DNA of 64,000 bases from an uncultured Clostridia bacterium (lineage in GTDB: Bacteria > Bacillota > Clostridia > Oscillospirales > Acutalibacteraceae), in NCBI GenBank assembly GCA_937876205.1, contig CALEII010000052.1, positions 381-64,380 of the forward strand, in the 5' to 3' direction. The notes beneath the pieces are model-generated. The model was not told the origin of the DNA. It made no database searches and saw only the letters and a list, made by a program, of their open reading frames with translations. Within the stretch, counting starts at the first letter, position 1, and every line of letters starts with the position of its first letter. The position numbers and the translations under genes were made by a program. Of the stretch, positions 47,311 through 57,138 are shown piece by piece.

Positions 47311-47760
47311 TCACAGAATAATCATTTCGTCATCGCCGTCTTTGTTATAAAGACCGAATGCCTCATTATCATCACTTAAAAACACTTTAAGATATGTATT
47401 GAAATTAGGAGAGAGCTGATAATTGCTGAAATCCTCTTTGTTAATCCAGAAAACTTCACCCTCATCAGTTTTGTCAACAAGCTCACCGCTGAATTCTGTT
47501 ACTTTATAAAGCAGAACGATGTACCTTTCGTCAGTATCCTTGTGACACCAGTGAACCGTGCCGCATAGTTTCGGATTTTTTATATCAAGTCCTGTTTCTT
47601 CTTTTACTTCTCTTACAGCACTGTCTGTAAAGCTTTCACCTTTTTCTATGTGACCGCCCGGAAAAGTTACTCCTGTCCAGTATTTTACCCGTTTTTGAAC
47701 CAAAACCATACCGTTTTCGGGATTTTCTATCATTACCATATTGGTAAGTTCGCAATTCAT
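47311..47760 (-). CDS. NUDIX hydrolase
   Basis: Nudix box GGHIEKGESFTDSAVREVKEETGL. Confidence 0.88.
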   Translation of the reverse strand: MNCELTNMVMIENPENGMVLVQKRVKYWTGVTFPGGHIEKGESFTDSAVREVKEETGLDIKNPKLCGTVHWCHKDTDERYIVLLYKVTEFSGELVDKTDEGEVFWINKEDFSNYQLSPNFNTYLKVFLSDDNEAFGLYNKDGDDEMIIL

Positions 47761-47774
47761 AAAAATTACCTTCT

Positions 47775-47804
47775 AAAAATCAAAGCTGTACGGTATGTAC
47801 AGCC
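47775..47804 (-). terminator. rho-independent terminator of the arg-car operon
   Basis: Stem GCTGTAC / GTACAGC. A T-run follows on the minus strand. Confidence 0.7.
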
Positions 47805-47817
47805 TTGAAAATATATT

Positions 47818-50800
47818 TTAGTATTCTATAACGCCCGTGAAGATAAGGTCTGTTGTGCCTTCAAGAGTAATCTGATCATCCGTATAGTTGACAATCAGGT
47901 CGCCGCCCTTGAGCTTAACAACGATATCTTTGCCTTTTTCAATGTAGCCGAGTTCACAAGCTGCTGCAACTGCTGCACAAGCGCCTGTACCGCAGGCGTA
48001 TGTTTCACCGTTGCCTCTTTCCCATACTCTCATTCGAAGAGTTCTTGAATCAACAACTCTTACGAATTCTGTGTTGATTTTTTCGGGGAAGTATTTTGCA
48101 TTTTCAAATCCGGGTCCGATTTCCTTAAGGTTGTAAGCATCGATATGAGTACCGAATACTACACAGTGAGGATTACCTACATTTACACAAGTAACGTTGT
48201 ATTCCTTGCCGTCAACAACTATGGGCTGATTAACAACTTTACCCTTTGAAATGATGTTTGTGGGAATCTTTTCAGCTTCGAATTCTGCCTTACCCATATA
48301 AACCTTAACAGATTTTACTCGGCCGTTTTCTGTGTAAAGGTGAATTCTCTTTAAGCCTACAGGTGTTTCGATTGTCAGATGTGTCTTGTCAACGATGCCG
48401 TTGTCATAGAGGTATTTACCTGCGCATCTCAGACCGTTACCTGCAATGTAGCCCTTTGAGCCGTCCTTATTGTACATAAGCATCTTTGCATCAGCGATAT
48501 CTGACTTTTCTATAAGAACAATACCGTCTGAACCGATACCGTAATGTCTGTTGCAGAAGTTTATAGCAAGAACCTCGGGAGAAGTGATTTCACCGTTAAG
48601 ATTATCAAAGAAGATGAAGTCATTGCCTGAGCCCTGCATCTTAGCGAATTTAAGCTTTGTGGGCTCTGTACGCATTTCATTGATGTTTACAAGCTCTGTA
48701 TTAGCCTGAGTAAAGCCGCTTGCAAGAATGTCAGCAAGAACGTTTGCTGTGTCAATTGATGTAAGTGTTGCAACTGAGAGCTGAAGAGCACGTCTGTGAA
48801 GCTTGATGAAGTCATCAACAACATCAAGGGGAGTGCCTGTGTAAACGATATACTTGATCTTGCCGCTTTCAAGAAGGTCCATACTTGTGTTTGATTCATC
48901 ATAAAGCTTGTTGACAACAGTAACATCAATGTCAACTGAGCCGATAACCTTTGCTGTGCCTTCTGTAGCGTAAATCTTGAGACCAAGGTCGTGGAACTTT
49001 CTTGCAAGGTCAACAACTTCGGGCTTGTCAGCATCCTTGACAGTGATGTAAACACCCATTTCCTTGCCGAGTTCCTTGGGAGCAATTTCAAAGCCTGCTG
49101 AAACGAGACCCTTGAAGAGTGCTTCGTCGATTGTTTTGCCCACACCGAGAACTTCACCTGTTGATTTCATTTCGGGACCAAGGCTTGAGTTTGCATCGAG
49201 AAGCTTCTCAAATGAGAATACGGGAACCTTGACTGCAAAGTAAGGGGGAGTCTTGTAAAGACCTGTGCCGAAGCCGAGGTCAACGAGGGGAGTACCGGTC
49301 ATAACCTTTGTTGCGATATCAACCATAGGTACGCCTGTAACCTTACTGATATAAGGAATGGTTCTTGAAGCTCTGGGGTTAACCTCGATAACATAAAGCT
49401 CATTCTCATAAATGAGGTACTGAATGTTAACAAGACCCTTTGTACCGAGAGCAAGAGCAAGATTTGTTGAGCAGTCAATGATTGTCTGCTTCATTGTGTC
49501 ACGCAGATTATAAGGGGGATAAACTGCAATTGAGTCACCTGAGTGAACACCTGCACGTTCAACGTGCTGCATAATACCGGGGATAAGAACATCCTTGCCG
49601 TCTGAAATAACGTCAACTTCAAGCTCAGAGCCCATCATATATTTGTCAACAAGAACGGGATTCTCAATTTTACCTGAAAGAATGATGTTCATATACTTTC
49701 TTACGTCTTCGTCATTATAGGCAATAGTCATATTCTGACCGCCGATAACGTACGAGGGACGAAGAAGTACGGGATATGTGAGGGTGTGGGCTGCATCAAG
49801 AGCTTCTTCAAGTGTGAGAACACCCATACCCTTAGGTCTTCTGATGCCGAATTTTTCAAGAAGAGCATCAAACTTTTCTCTGTCTTCGGCAATGTCAATA
49901 CCTTCTGCAGATGTACCGAAAATTCTGAAACCGTTGTCATCGAGGAATTTTGTCAGCTTGATAGCTGTCTGGCCGCCGAAAGCAACAACGACACCTTCTG
50001 GCTGTTCTGTCTTGATGACATTAAGAACATCTTCGGGAGTGAGAGGCTCAAAGTAGAGTCTGTCTGCTGTGTCAAAGTCAGTTGAAACAGTTTCGGGGTT
50101 GTTGTTGATGATAACAACCTCATAACCGAGGTTCTTGAGAGTCCATACACAGTGAACGGACGAGTAGTCGAATTCAATACCCTGACCGATTCTGATAGGA
50201 CCTGAACCGAGAACGATAATCTTTTTCTTCGTGTTGCCCTTGAGATATTCTCTTGCTTCACAGTCTTTGTCATATGTGGAGTAGAAATAAGGTGTCTGAG
50301 CCTTATATTCAGCTGCACAGGTGTCAACCATCTTGTAAACAGCATCACGGGGATTTTCTATCTTTGAACCGCTGATTCTTTCAATGGCGGCATCAGTATA
50401 GCCGTATTTCTTACCTTTGAGGTAAAGCTCATCTGTAAGACCGTTTGCAATTTCAGCTTCATAGTTTGCAAGATTTCTGAGCTTTTCAATGAACCATTCA
50501 TCAATCTTTGTGATGTCGTGAATAGTTTCTGTTGAAACGCCTCTCTTGATAGCTTCAAAAACTGTGAAAAGACGGATATCATCAACATCGTGAAGCTTTG
50601 CTACGATGTCAATTTCGGGATCCTGAACCTTCTTGAAATTGAGTGTATCAAGTGAAATTTCAGCACCTCTTACAGCCTTCATAATAGCAGCTTCAAAGCA
50701 GGGAGCGATTGACATAACCTCGCCTGTTGCCTTCATCTGAGTGCCGAGCTTTCTCTTTTCGTTGATGAACTTGTCAAAGGGCCATTTAGGAAGCTTAATT

Positions 50801-51861
50801 ACGCAATAGTCAACTGTGGGCTCGAAGCAAGCAAATGTCTCACCTGTGACGTCGTTTCTGATTTCATCGAGAGTGTAGCCGAGAGCAACTTTTGTTGCAA
50901 CCTTAGCAATGGGATAGCCTGTTGCCTTTGATGCGAGTGCAGATGACCGTGAAACACGGGGGTTAACCTCAATAACAGCATATTCAAATGATTCGGGATT
51001 AAGCGCAAACTGACAGTTACAGCCACCCTCGATGCCGAGAGCTTCAATAATCTTGAGTGAAGCGTTACGAAGCATCATAAACTCTTTATTTGAAAGAGTA
51101 ACAGCGGGAGCGATAACAATACTGTCACCTGTATGAACACCGACGGGATCGAAGTTTTCCATTGAGCAGACAGCAATTGCATTACCTGCGCTGTCACGCA
51201 TTGCTTCAAATTCAATTTCTTTCCAGCCGTAGATATATTTTTCAACAAGAATCTGATTGATAGGTGAGAGAAGAAGACCGTTGTTTACAATAGGCATAAG
51301 CTCTTCTTCATTGTAAGCAACACCGCCACCTGCACCGCCAAGGGTGAAAGCGGGACGGATGATAACGGGGAAGCCGATTCTCTTTGCAATCTCACGTGCC
51401 TGTTCAGCTTCTGTTGCGATATCAGAAGGAATGCAGGGCTGACCGATTGATTCCATTGTTTCTTTGAAAAGCTCTCTGTCTTCAGAACGGTCAATAGCTT
51501 CGGCATTGGTACCGATGAGCTTTACGCCGTGCTTTGCAAGGAAGCCGCTCTTTGCAAGCTGCATACCGATGGTAAGACCTGTCTGACCGCCGAGGCCGGC
51601 AAGAACTGAGTCGGGTTTTTCTTTTTCGATGATTCTCATAACAGTTTCTTCTGTCAGAGGTTCAAGATAGATTTCATCCGCATTTGCATTATCTGTCATA
51701 ATGGTAGCAGGGTTTGAGTTGACAAGTATTACGTCAAGACCTTCATCTTTAAGGATTTTACAAGCCTGAGTACCTGCGTAGTCAAATTCGGCAGCCTGTC
51801 CGATAACGATAGGACCTGAACCGATAACGAGAACCTTCTTTATATCTTTATTAAGCGGCAT
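47818..51861 (-). CDS. carB: carbamoyl-phosphate synthase large subunit fused to a C-terminal diaminopimelate-epimerase-like domain
   Basis: 1347 aa in one uninterrupted frame. Residues 1 to ~1067 are a full CarB (two ATP-grasp halves plus an MGS-like allosteric domain). The last 280 aa (47821-48660) carry DapF motifs: KMQGSGNDF, NKDGS....AGNGLRC, GNPH, ERGNGETYACGTGA. SD gggaggtga; the start overlaps the carA stop (TAATG). Confidence 0.9.
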   Translation of the reverse strand: MPLNKDIKKVLVIGSGPIVIGQAAEFDYAGTQACKILKDEGLDVILVNSNPATIMTDNANADEIYLEPLTEETVMRIIEKEKPDSVLAGLGGQTGLTIGMQLAKSGFLAKHGVKLIGTNAEAIDRSEDRELFKETMESIGQPCIPSDIATEAEQAREIAKRIGFPVIIRPAFTLGGAGGGVAYNEEELMPIVNNGLLLSPINQILVEKYIYGWKEIEFEAMRDSAGNAIAVCSMENFDPVGVHTGDSIVIAPAVTLSNKEFMMLRNASLKIIEALGIEGGCNCQFALNPESFEYAVIEVNPRVSRSSALASKATGYPIAKVATKVALGYTLDEIRNDVTGETFACFEPTVDYCVIKLPKWPFDKFINEKRKLGTQMKATGEVMSIAPCFEAAIMKAVRGAEISLDTLNFKKVQDPEIDIVAKLHDVDDIRLFTVFEAIKRGVSTETIHDITKIDEWFIEKLRNLANYEAEIANGLTDELYLKGKKYGYTDAAIERISGSKIENPRDAVYKMVDTCAAEYKAQTPYFYSTYDKDCEAREYLKGNTKKKIIVLGSGPIRIGQGIEFDYSSVHCVWTLKNLGYEVVIINNNPETVSTDFDTADRLYFEPLTPEDVLNVIKTEQPEGVVVAFGGQTAIKLTKFLDDNGFRIFGTSAEGIDIAEDREKFDALLEKFGIRRPKGMGVLTLEEALDAAHTLTYPVLLRPSYVIGGQNMTIAYNDEDVRKYMNIILSGKIENPVLVDKYMMGSELEVDVISDGKDVLIPGIMQHVERAGVHSGDSIAVYPPYNLRDTMKQTIIDCSTNLALALGTKGLVNIQYLIYENELYVIEVNPRASRTIPYISKVTGVPMVDIATKVMTGTPLVDLGFGTGLYKTPPYFAVKVPVFSFEKLLDANSSLGPEMKSTGEVLGVGKTIDEALFKGLVSAGFEIAPKELGKEMGVYITVKDADKPEVVDLARKFHDLGLKIYATEGTAKVIGSVDIDVTVVNKLYDESNTSMDLLESGKIKYIVYTGTPLDVVDDFIKLHRRALQLSVATLTSIDTANVLADILASGFTQANTELVNINEMRTEPTKLKFAKMQGSGNDFIFFDNLNGEITSPEVLAINFCNRHYGIGSDGIVLIEKSDIADAKMLMYNKDGSKGYIAGNGLRCAGKYLYDNGIVDKTHLTIETPVGLKRIHLYTENGRVKSVKVYMGKAEFEAEKIPTNIISKGKVVNQPIVVDGKEYNVTCVNVGNPHCVVFGTHIDAYNLKEIGPGFENAKYFPEKINTEFVRVVDSRTLRMRVWERGNGETYACGTGACAAVAAACELGYIEKGKDIVVKLKGGDLIVNYTDDQITLEGTTDLIFTGVIEY

Positions 51862-52916
51862 TACTTGTCACCTCCCATAAGTGAAATAAATTTATCGTAA
51901 ATTTTGTCTGTGTCAACTGTAGCTGAGAAACAATCGGGTGTGAACTGAATTGAAAATGCCTTTGCATATTCAAGCCCTTCAATTGTGTTATCACTGACAT
52001 TTGTGAAAAGAACTTTTGCATTTGCAGCAGCTTCGCTTACAACATATCCGTGGTTCTGATGTGTTGCGAAAACCTTGCCGTCGTCCATATTTCTAACGGG
52101 AACACTGCCGCCTCTGTGACCGAACTTCATTTTTGAAGTTTTACCACCCTGAGCCAGAGCCATAACCTGATGACCGAGACCGAAGCCGAACATAGGCTTA
52201 TCAGCCATAATAGATTTAACTTCTGCAATAAGTTCAGTGTTTTCTTCAGGGTTTCCCGGGCCGTTTGTAACAACAACACCGTCGAATGTGCCCTCAAGAA
52301 TTTCAGAAGCCTTTGTGTTATAAGGGAATACAGTCACATTGCAGCCCTTTTCTGTAAGCTTTTCGATTGCATTTGCCGCAGCACCGCAGTCAAGCATTGC
52401 AACTGAATATTTTCCGTCTTCTGCTTCAAAATAAGCTTTTTTGTTTGATGCAACTGATGAGAGTGCATCTTTGATTTCATATGCTTTGAGTGCATCAAGG
52501 TCAACATTTGCAGGATTTTCTGTGATACAGGCATTCATAGCACCGTTTTCACGGACAAGCTTTGTAAGCTCTCTTGTGTCAACGTCGCATATTGCAATAA
52601 TGCCGTTTTCCTTGAGATAATCCTCAAGCCCGCCTTCGCATCTGAAGTTTGAAGGCATATCACAGATTTCTCTTGCAACATAGCCCTTAATGACAGGCTT
52701 GGCACCGTTTGTGTCTTCATTGATGATGCCGTAATTGCCGATAAGAGGGAATGTCTGAAGAACAATCTGACCGTAATAAGCGGCATCTGTAAGAGTTTCG
52801 ATGTAACCGACAACACCTGTTGTGAAAACAAGCTCGCCGACTGTTTCACCTGTTGCACCGTAACCCTTGCCCTCAAAAACGTGACCGTCTTCAAGTACAA
52901 TGTACATCTTTTTCAT
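51861..52916 (-). CDS. carA: carbamoyl-phosphate synthase small subunit homologue with degenerate glutaminase active site
   Basis: CarA N-domain and a GATase fold (SNGPGNP-type TNGPGNP). The nucleophile motif reads FGFGLGHQ instead of FGICLGHQ, and the His/Glu motif reads IQFTPD instead of (V/F)Q(Y/G)HPE. Confidence 0.85.
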   Translation of the reverse strand: MKKMYIVLEDGHVFEGKGYGATGETVGELVFTTGVVGYIETLTDAAYYGQIVLQTFPLIGNYGIINEDTNGAKPVIKGYVAREICDMPSNFRCEGGLEDYLKENGIIAICDVDTRELTKLVRENGAMNACITENPANVDLDALKAYEIKDALSSVASNKKAYFEAEDGKYSVAMLDCGAAANAIEKLTEKGCNVTVFPYNTKASEILEGTFDGVVVTNGPGNPEENTELIAEVKSIMADKPMFGFGLGHQVMALAQGGKTSKMKFGHRGGSVPVRNMDDGKVFATHQNHGYVVSEAAANAKVLFTNVSDNTIEGLEYAKAFSIQFTPDCFSATVDTDKIYDKFISLMGGDK

Positions 52917-52962
52917 AAAATCACCCTTTATATTAGATTGAAAACTCAGGGGCTTTCATTAT

Positions 52963-53886
52963 TTACTGTTTTTCCTGATACTGTTCCTTCATAAGCTTAA
53001 CAAGAACAGCTTTCTGTGCATGAAGTCTGTTTTCAGCCTCTTCAAAGATTTCCTTTGCGTGTGCTTCAAATACTTCAGCAGTAATTTCTTCTTCTCTGTG
53101 AGCAGGTAAGCAGTGAAGAACCATTGCGTCAGGCTTTGCAACTGCCATAAGTGAGGAATTTATCTGATAGCCTGCGAATACTTTCTTTCTTTCTTCAGCT
53201 TCAGCTTCTTCACCCATTGAAGCCCATACGTCTGTGTAAAGCACGTCAGCATCCTTTGCAGCTTCATAAATGTCTGTTGTGAGTGTGAATTTACCTGTTT
53301 CGTTTGCCCATTTTACAATATCTGCATCAGGCTCATAGCCCTTGGGGCAAGCGACAGCAACATCCATACCTACCTTTATACAACCGACGATTAGTGAATT
53401 GCACATATTGTTGCCGTCACCGATGAATGTAAGCTTCATTCCCTTGAAGGTGTTCTTGAATTCACGGATTGTCATAAGGTCTGCAAGAACCTGACAGGGA
53501 TGAGCGTAGTCTGTAAGACCGTTGATGATGGGGATTGAACCGTAGTTTGCGAGCGTTTCAACCTCTTCCTGGTCGAATGTTCTTATCATAATACCGTCAA
53601 GGTAACGTGAGAGAACTCTTGCTGTGTCTTCAACAGGTTCGCCTCTGCCGAGCTGTGTGTTGGCGTTTGAAAGGAAAAGAGCTGAACCGCCGAGATCATA
53701 CATACCCACTTCAAAGGAAACTCTTGTTCTTGTTGATGACTTTGCAAAAATCATACCGAGAGTTTTGCCTTTGAGATAGTGATGCTCAATATTGTGCTTT
53801 TTTTCATATTTGAGCTGGTCTGCAAGGTTGAGTATTGAGAGAATTTCTTTCTCTGAATAGTCACCTAATTTAAGTAAATGTTTCAT
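52963..53886 (-). CDS. argF: ornithine carbamoyltransferase
   Basis: STRTR, HPCQ and HCLP motifs. Confidence 0.92.
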   Translation of the reverse strand: MKHLLKLGDYSEKEILSILNLADQLKYEKKHNIEHHYLKGKTLGMIFAKSSTRTRVSFEVGMYDLGGSALFLSNANTQLGRGEPVEDTARVLSRYLDGIMIRTFDQEEVETLANYGSIPIINGLTDYAHPCQVLADLMTIREFKNTFKGMKLTFIGDGNNMCNSLIVGCIKVGMDVAVACPKGYEPDADIVKWANETGKFTLTTDIYEAAKDADVLYTDVWASMGEEAEAEERKKVFAGYQINSSLMAVAKPDAMVLHCLPAHREEEITAEVFEAHAKEIFEEAENRLHAQKAVLVKLMKEQYQEKQ

Positions 53887-55046
53887 TCTTCAATTACCTC
53901 CGTGATTATATTCATAGCCTTCTCAAGCTCTTCGTCAGAGATGTTGAGAGGGGGAAGAAGTCTGATTTTTGTTTTTGCGGTAAGGGGAAGGACGCCTTTT
54001 TCGATGCATTTCATAACAACTTCTTTTGCGTCTTTTGTAGTTTCTATGCCGAGCATAAGTCCCATACCCGTTACACTTTTAACATTTTTGCATTCTTCAA
54101 GGCGTTTTCTGATGTATTCACCTTTTGCTCTGACACAAGCAAGGAATTTATCGTCAAGTCTTTTGACTATGTTTAAAGCACCTGCGGCAACAACGGGATT
54201 CATTCCGAACGTTGAGCCGTGTGAAGAGGGAGTCATTGTGTCTTTAGTCTTTTCGCCGAAGAGACATACACCCATCGGAAGACCGCCTGCAACACCTTTT
54301 GCTGTTGATACAAGGTCAGGCTCAATATCAAACTGCTGATATGCGTACATACTGCCTGTTCTGCCGTTGCCTGTCTGAACTTCGTCTATTATTACAAGTA
54401 TATCATATTTCTGACAGAATTCATATACTTTTTTTATAAAAATTTTATTTAAAGGAATAACTCCGCCTTCACCCTGTACCATTTCCATAATGACGGCACA
54501 GACATTCTCATTGTATACGCTCATAAATGAGTCGAAATTGTTAGCCTCTGCATATACAAAACCCTCCGGAAAGGGTCCGAAGGTTGTGTGGAAGACATCC
54601 TGACCTGTAGCCTTGAGAGTGGCAAGAGTTCTGCCGTGGAAGCTCTGGGTGAGTGAGATTATTACATTTCTGTCGGGATTCTCATATTTGTCAAGAGAAT
54701 ATTTTCTTGCAGCTTTTATAGCACATTCGTTGGCTTCTGCACCTGAGTTGCCGAAGAAACACTTCTTCATTCCTGATTTTTTACAAAGAAGCTCAGCAAG
54801 CTCCACACCGGGCTGTGTATAAAAGAGATTTGATGTGTGCTGAAGAGTGTTCAGCTGCTTTGTAACAGCTTCAACCCATTCCTTGTCACAGTAACCGAAA
54901 GCATTTACTCCGATGCCTGTGCCCATATCAATGTATTCCTTGCCGTTTTCATCAACGGCAACAGCCCCGTGACCGCTGACAAGGGTTACGGGGAATCTGC
55001 CGTATGTATTGGCAATATACTGTTTATCTTTTTCGATTGTTGTCAT
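53883..55046 (-). CDS. argD: acetylornithine aminotransferase
   Basis: Class III aminotransferase motifs (GSGAEANE-type NSGAEANE, DEVQTG, STAKG). ATGA overlap with argF. Confidence 0.9.
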   Translation of the reverse strand: MTTIEKDKQYIANTYGRFPVTLVSGHGAVAVDENGKEYIDMGTGIGVNAFGYCDKEWVEAVTKQLNTLQHTSNLFYTQPGVELAELLCKKSGMKKCFFGNSGAEANECAIKAARKYSLDKYENPDRNVIISLTQSFHGRTLATLKATGQDVFHTTFGPFPEGFVYAEANNFDSFMSVYNENVCAVIMEMVQGEGGVIPLNKIFIKKVYEFCQKYDILVIIDEVQTGNGRTGSMYAYQQFDIEPDLVSTAKGVAGGLPMGVCLFGEKTKDTMTPSSHGSTFGMNPVVAAGALNIVKRLDDKFLACVRAKGEYIRKRLEECKNVKSVTGMGLMLGIETTKDAKEVVMKCIEKGVLPLTAKTKIRLLPPLNISDEELEKAMNIITEVIEE

Positions 55047-55055
55047 AATTACACC

Positions 55056-55910
55056 TTACTCTACAAACATCGTGCCGATACCTTCATCGGTAAGAGTTTC
55101 AATGAGGATTGCGTGGGGGATTCTGCCGTCAATGATGAAGACCTTCTTCACACCCATTCTGATAGCCTCTGTACAGCACTGTACCTTGGGAATCATACCG
55201 CCTGATATAACACCGTCGTGCATAAGCTCTCTCGCATCGCTGACATAGAGCTTCTTGATAAGTGTTGAAACATCATCCTTGTCACGCAGAAGTCCCGGAA
55301 TGTCAGTCATATTGATAAGACTTTCTGCCTTTAATGCACCTGCAATGTATGCTGCAGCAGTGTCTGCATTTATGTTATATGAATTGTTCTCTTCATCAAA
55401 AGCAACAGTTGAAATAACGGGGATATAATTCTTGTCAAGAATATCTGTGATGATTTCTGTGTTGACTTCTGTTATATCACCGACAAAACCGTGAACATCG
55501 TCAAGCTGTTTAGCCTTTATCATCTGACCGTCAATACCGCAGATGCCGACAGCCTTGCCGCCCATATTGCCTATTTTATTAACAAGATTCTTGTTGATTT
55601 TGCCTGCAAGAACCATCTGAACAGCCTCAATTGTTTCTTCGTCTGTTACACGAAGACCGTCAATGAATTCACTCTTTTTGCCTGTTTTTGTGAGAAGCTC
55701 ATTGATTTCGGGGCCGCCGCCGTGCACAAGCACAACCTTTATACCGATAAGCGAAAGCAGTACAAGGTCACCGATAACTGCTTCCTTGAGCTCTTCGCTT
55801 ATCATTGCATTTCCGCCGTATTTTACGACGATTATTTTATTTCTGTATTCCTGTATATAAGGGAGAGCCTGAGTGAGTATTTCGGCTCTCTGTGCATTTG
55901 TAATATCCAT
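55056..55910 (-). CDS. argB: acetylglutamate kinase
   Basis: VVKYGGNAM and VLVHGGGP motifs. Confidence 0.92.
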   Translation of the reverse strand: MDITNAQRAEILTQALPYIQEYRNKIIVVKYGGNAMISEELKEAVIGDLVLLSLIGIKVVLVHGGGPEINELLTKTGKKSEFIDGLRVTDEETIEAVQMVLAGKINKNLVNKIGNMGGKAVGICGIDGQMIKAKQLDDVHGFVGDITEVNTEIITDILDKNYIPVISTVAFDEENNSYNINADTAAAYIAGALKAESLINMTDIPGLLRDKDDVSTLIKKLYVSDARELMHDGVISGGMIPKVQCCTEAIRMGVKKVFIIDGRIPHAILIETLTDEGIGTMFVE

Positions 55911-57124
55911 TATGTTCTGTAATCTCCGTTTATTTTAACATAGTCGTAAGTCAGGTCGCAGCCTCTGGCAACAGCTGTTGAGTCACCGTCATTGAGGTCA
56001 ACATTTACCTTGATTTCATCACAGAGAAGAATTTCTTTTGCCTTATCTTCACTGAAAGGAACGCCAGCACCGTTCTTGCATACTTCAATTGTGCCTTTTT
56101 CACTTGTGAATGAAACATCAATCTTTGTAACATCAACATCTGCACCACTGTAGCCTATAGCACACAGTACACGTCCCCAGTTTGCATCGGCACCGAACAT
56201 TGCAGCCTTGAAAAGTGATGAGCAGATAACTGATTTTGCAACTGTTTTTGCAGTGTGCCAGTCTTTACCGCCTGATACAAAGCATTCAACAAGCTTTGTT
56301 GCGCCTTCACCGTCTTTTGCAATAGCTCTGCAGAGCTTTTCTGTAATCATTGCAAGAGCCTTTGTGAAAACTTCAAAGTCTTCGTTTTCTTCGGTGATAA
56401 GTTCGTTTCCTGCCATACCGTTTGCCATAACGGAAACCATATCGTTTGTTGATGTATCACCGTCAATGCTTATCATATTGAAGCTCTTCTGAGCATCTGA
56501 ATAAAGAGCCTTGTGAAGCATCTCGGGAGAAATAGCTGCATCTGTTGTTATGAAAACGAGCATTGTTGCCATATTCGGGTGAATCATACCTGAGCCCTTT
56601 GCAATACCGCCCATTTTACATTCTTTTCCTCCGAGAGTGAAGCTTACGGCAAATTCCTTTTTGACTGTATCCGTTGTCATAATTGCTTCTGCAGCGTTTG
56701 TGCTGTTGTCATAGCCGAGCTCAGAAACAAGCTGAGACATACCGTCTTCAATTGGAGTGATTTCAAGAGGCTGACCGATAACACCTGTTGATGCAACAAT
56801 GACATCCTTTGCATCAACTCCTGTGGCTTCTGCTGTGATTTCACACATCCTTGTTGCAATTTCAACACCGTCAGCGTTGCAGGTGTTTGCATTTCCGCTG
56901 TTGCATATCATAGCCTGAGCTGTGCCGTCTGAGATGTTGTCTTTTGTAACGTAAATCGGAGCACCCTTTACGAGATTGAGAGTATATATGGCTGCAGCAG
57001 ATGCCTTGCAGTCACTTACGATAAGCGCAAGGTCACGCTTTGTCTTGTTTTTTCTGATTCCGCAGTGAATACCACTTGCCTTGAACCCTTTTGGAGCACA
57101 GACTCCGCCGTTTATGTATTCCAT
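55910..57124 (-). CDS. argJ: bifunctional ornithine acetyltransferase / N-acetylglutamate synthase
   Basis: Autoprocessing site ATMLVFITTDA. Start taken as ATG 57124, because the ORF-track TTG at 57130 sits too close to the SD aaagga. Confidence 0.9.
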   Translation of the reverse strand: MEYINGGVCAPKGFKASGIHCGIRKNKTKRDLALIVSDCKASAAAIYTLNLVKGAPIYVTKDNISDGTAQAMICNSGNANTCNADGVEIATRMCEITAEATGVDAKDVIVASTGVIGQPLEITPIEDGMSQLVSELGYDNSTNAAEAIMTTDTVKKEFAVSFTLGGKECKMGGIAKGSGMIHPNMATMLVFITTDAAISPEMLHKALYSDAQKSFNMISIDGDTSTNDMVSVMANGMAGNELITEENEDFEVFTKALAMITEKLCRAIAKDGEGATKLVECFVSGGKDWHTAKTVAKSVICSSLFKAAMFGADANWGRVLCAIGYSGADVDVTKIDVSFTSEKGTIEVCKNGAGVPFSEDKAKEILLCDEIKVNVDLNDGDSTAVARGCDLTYDYVKINGDYRT

Positions 57125-57138
57125 AGTCAAAATTCCTT

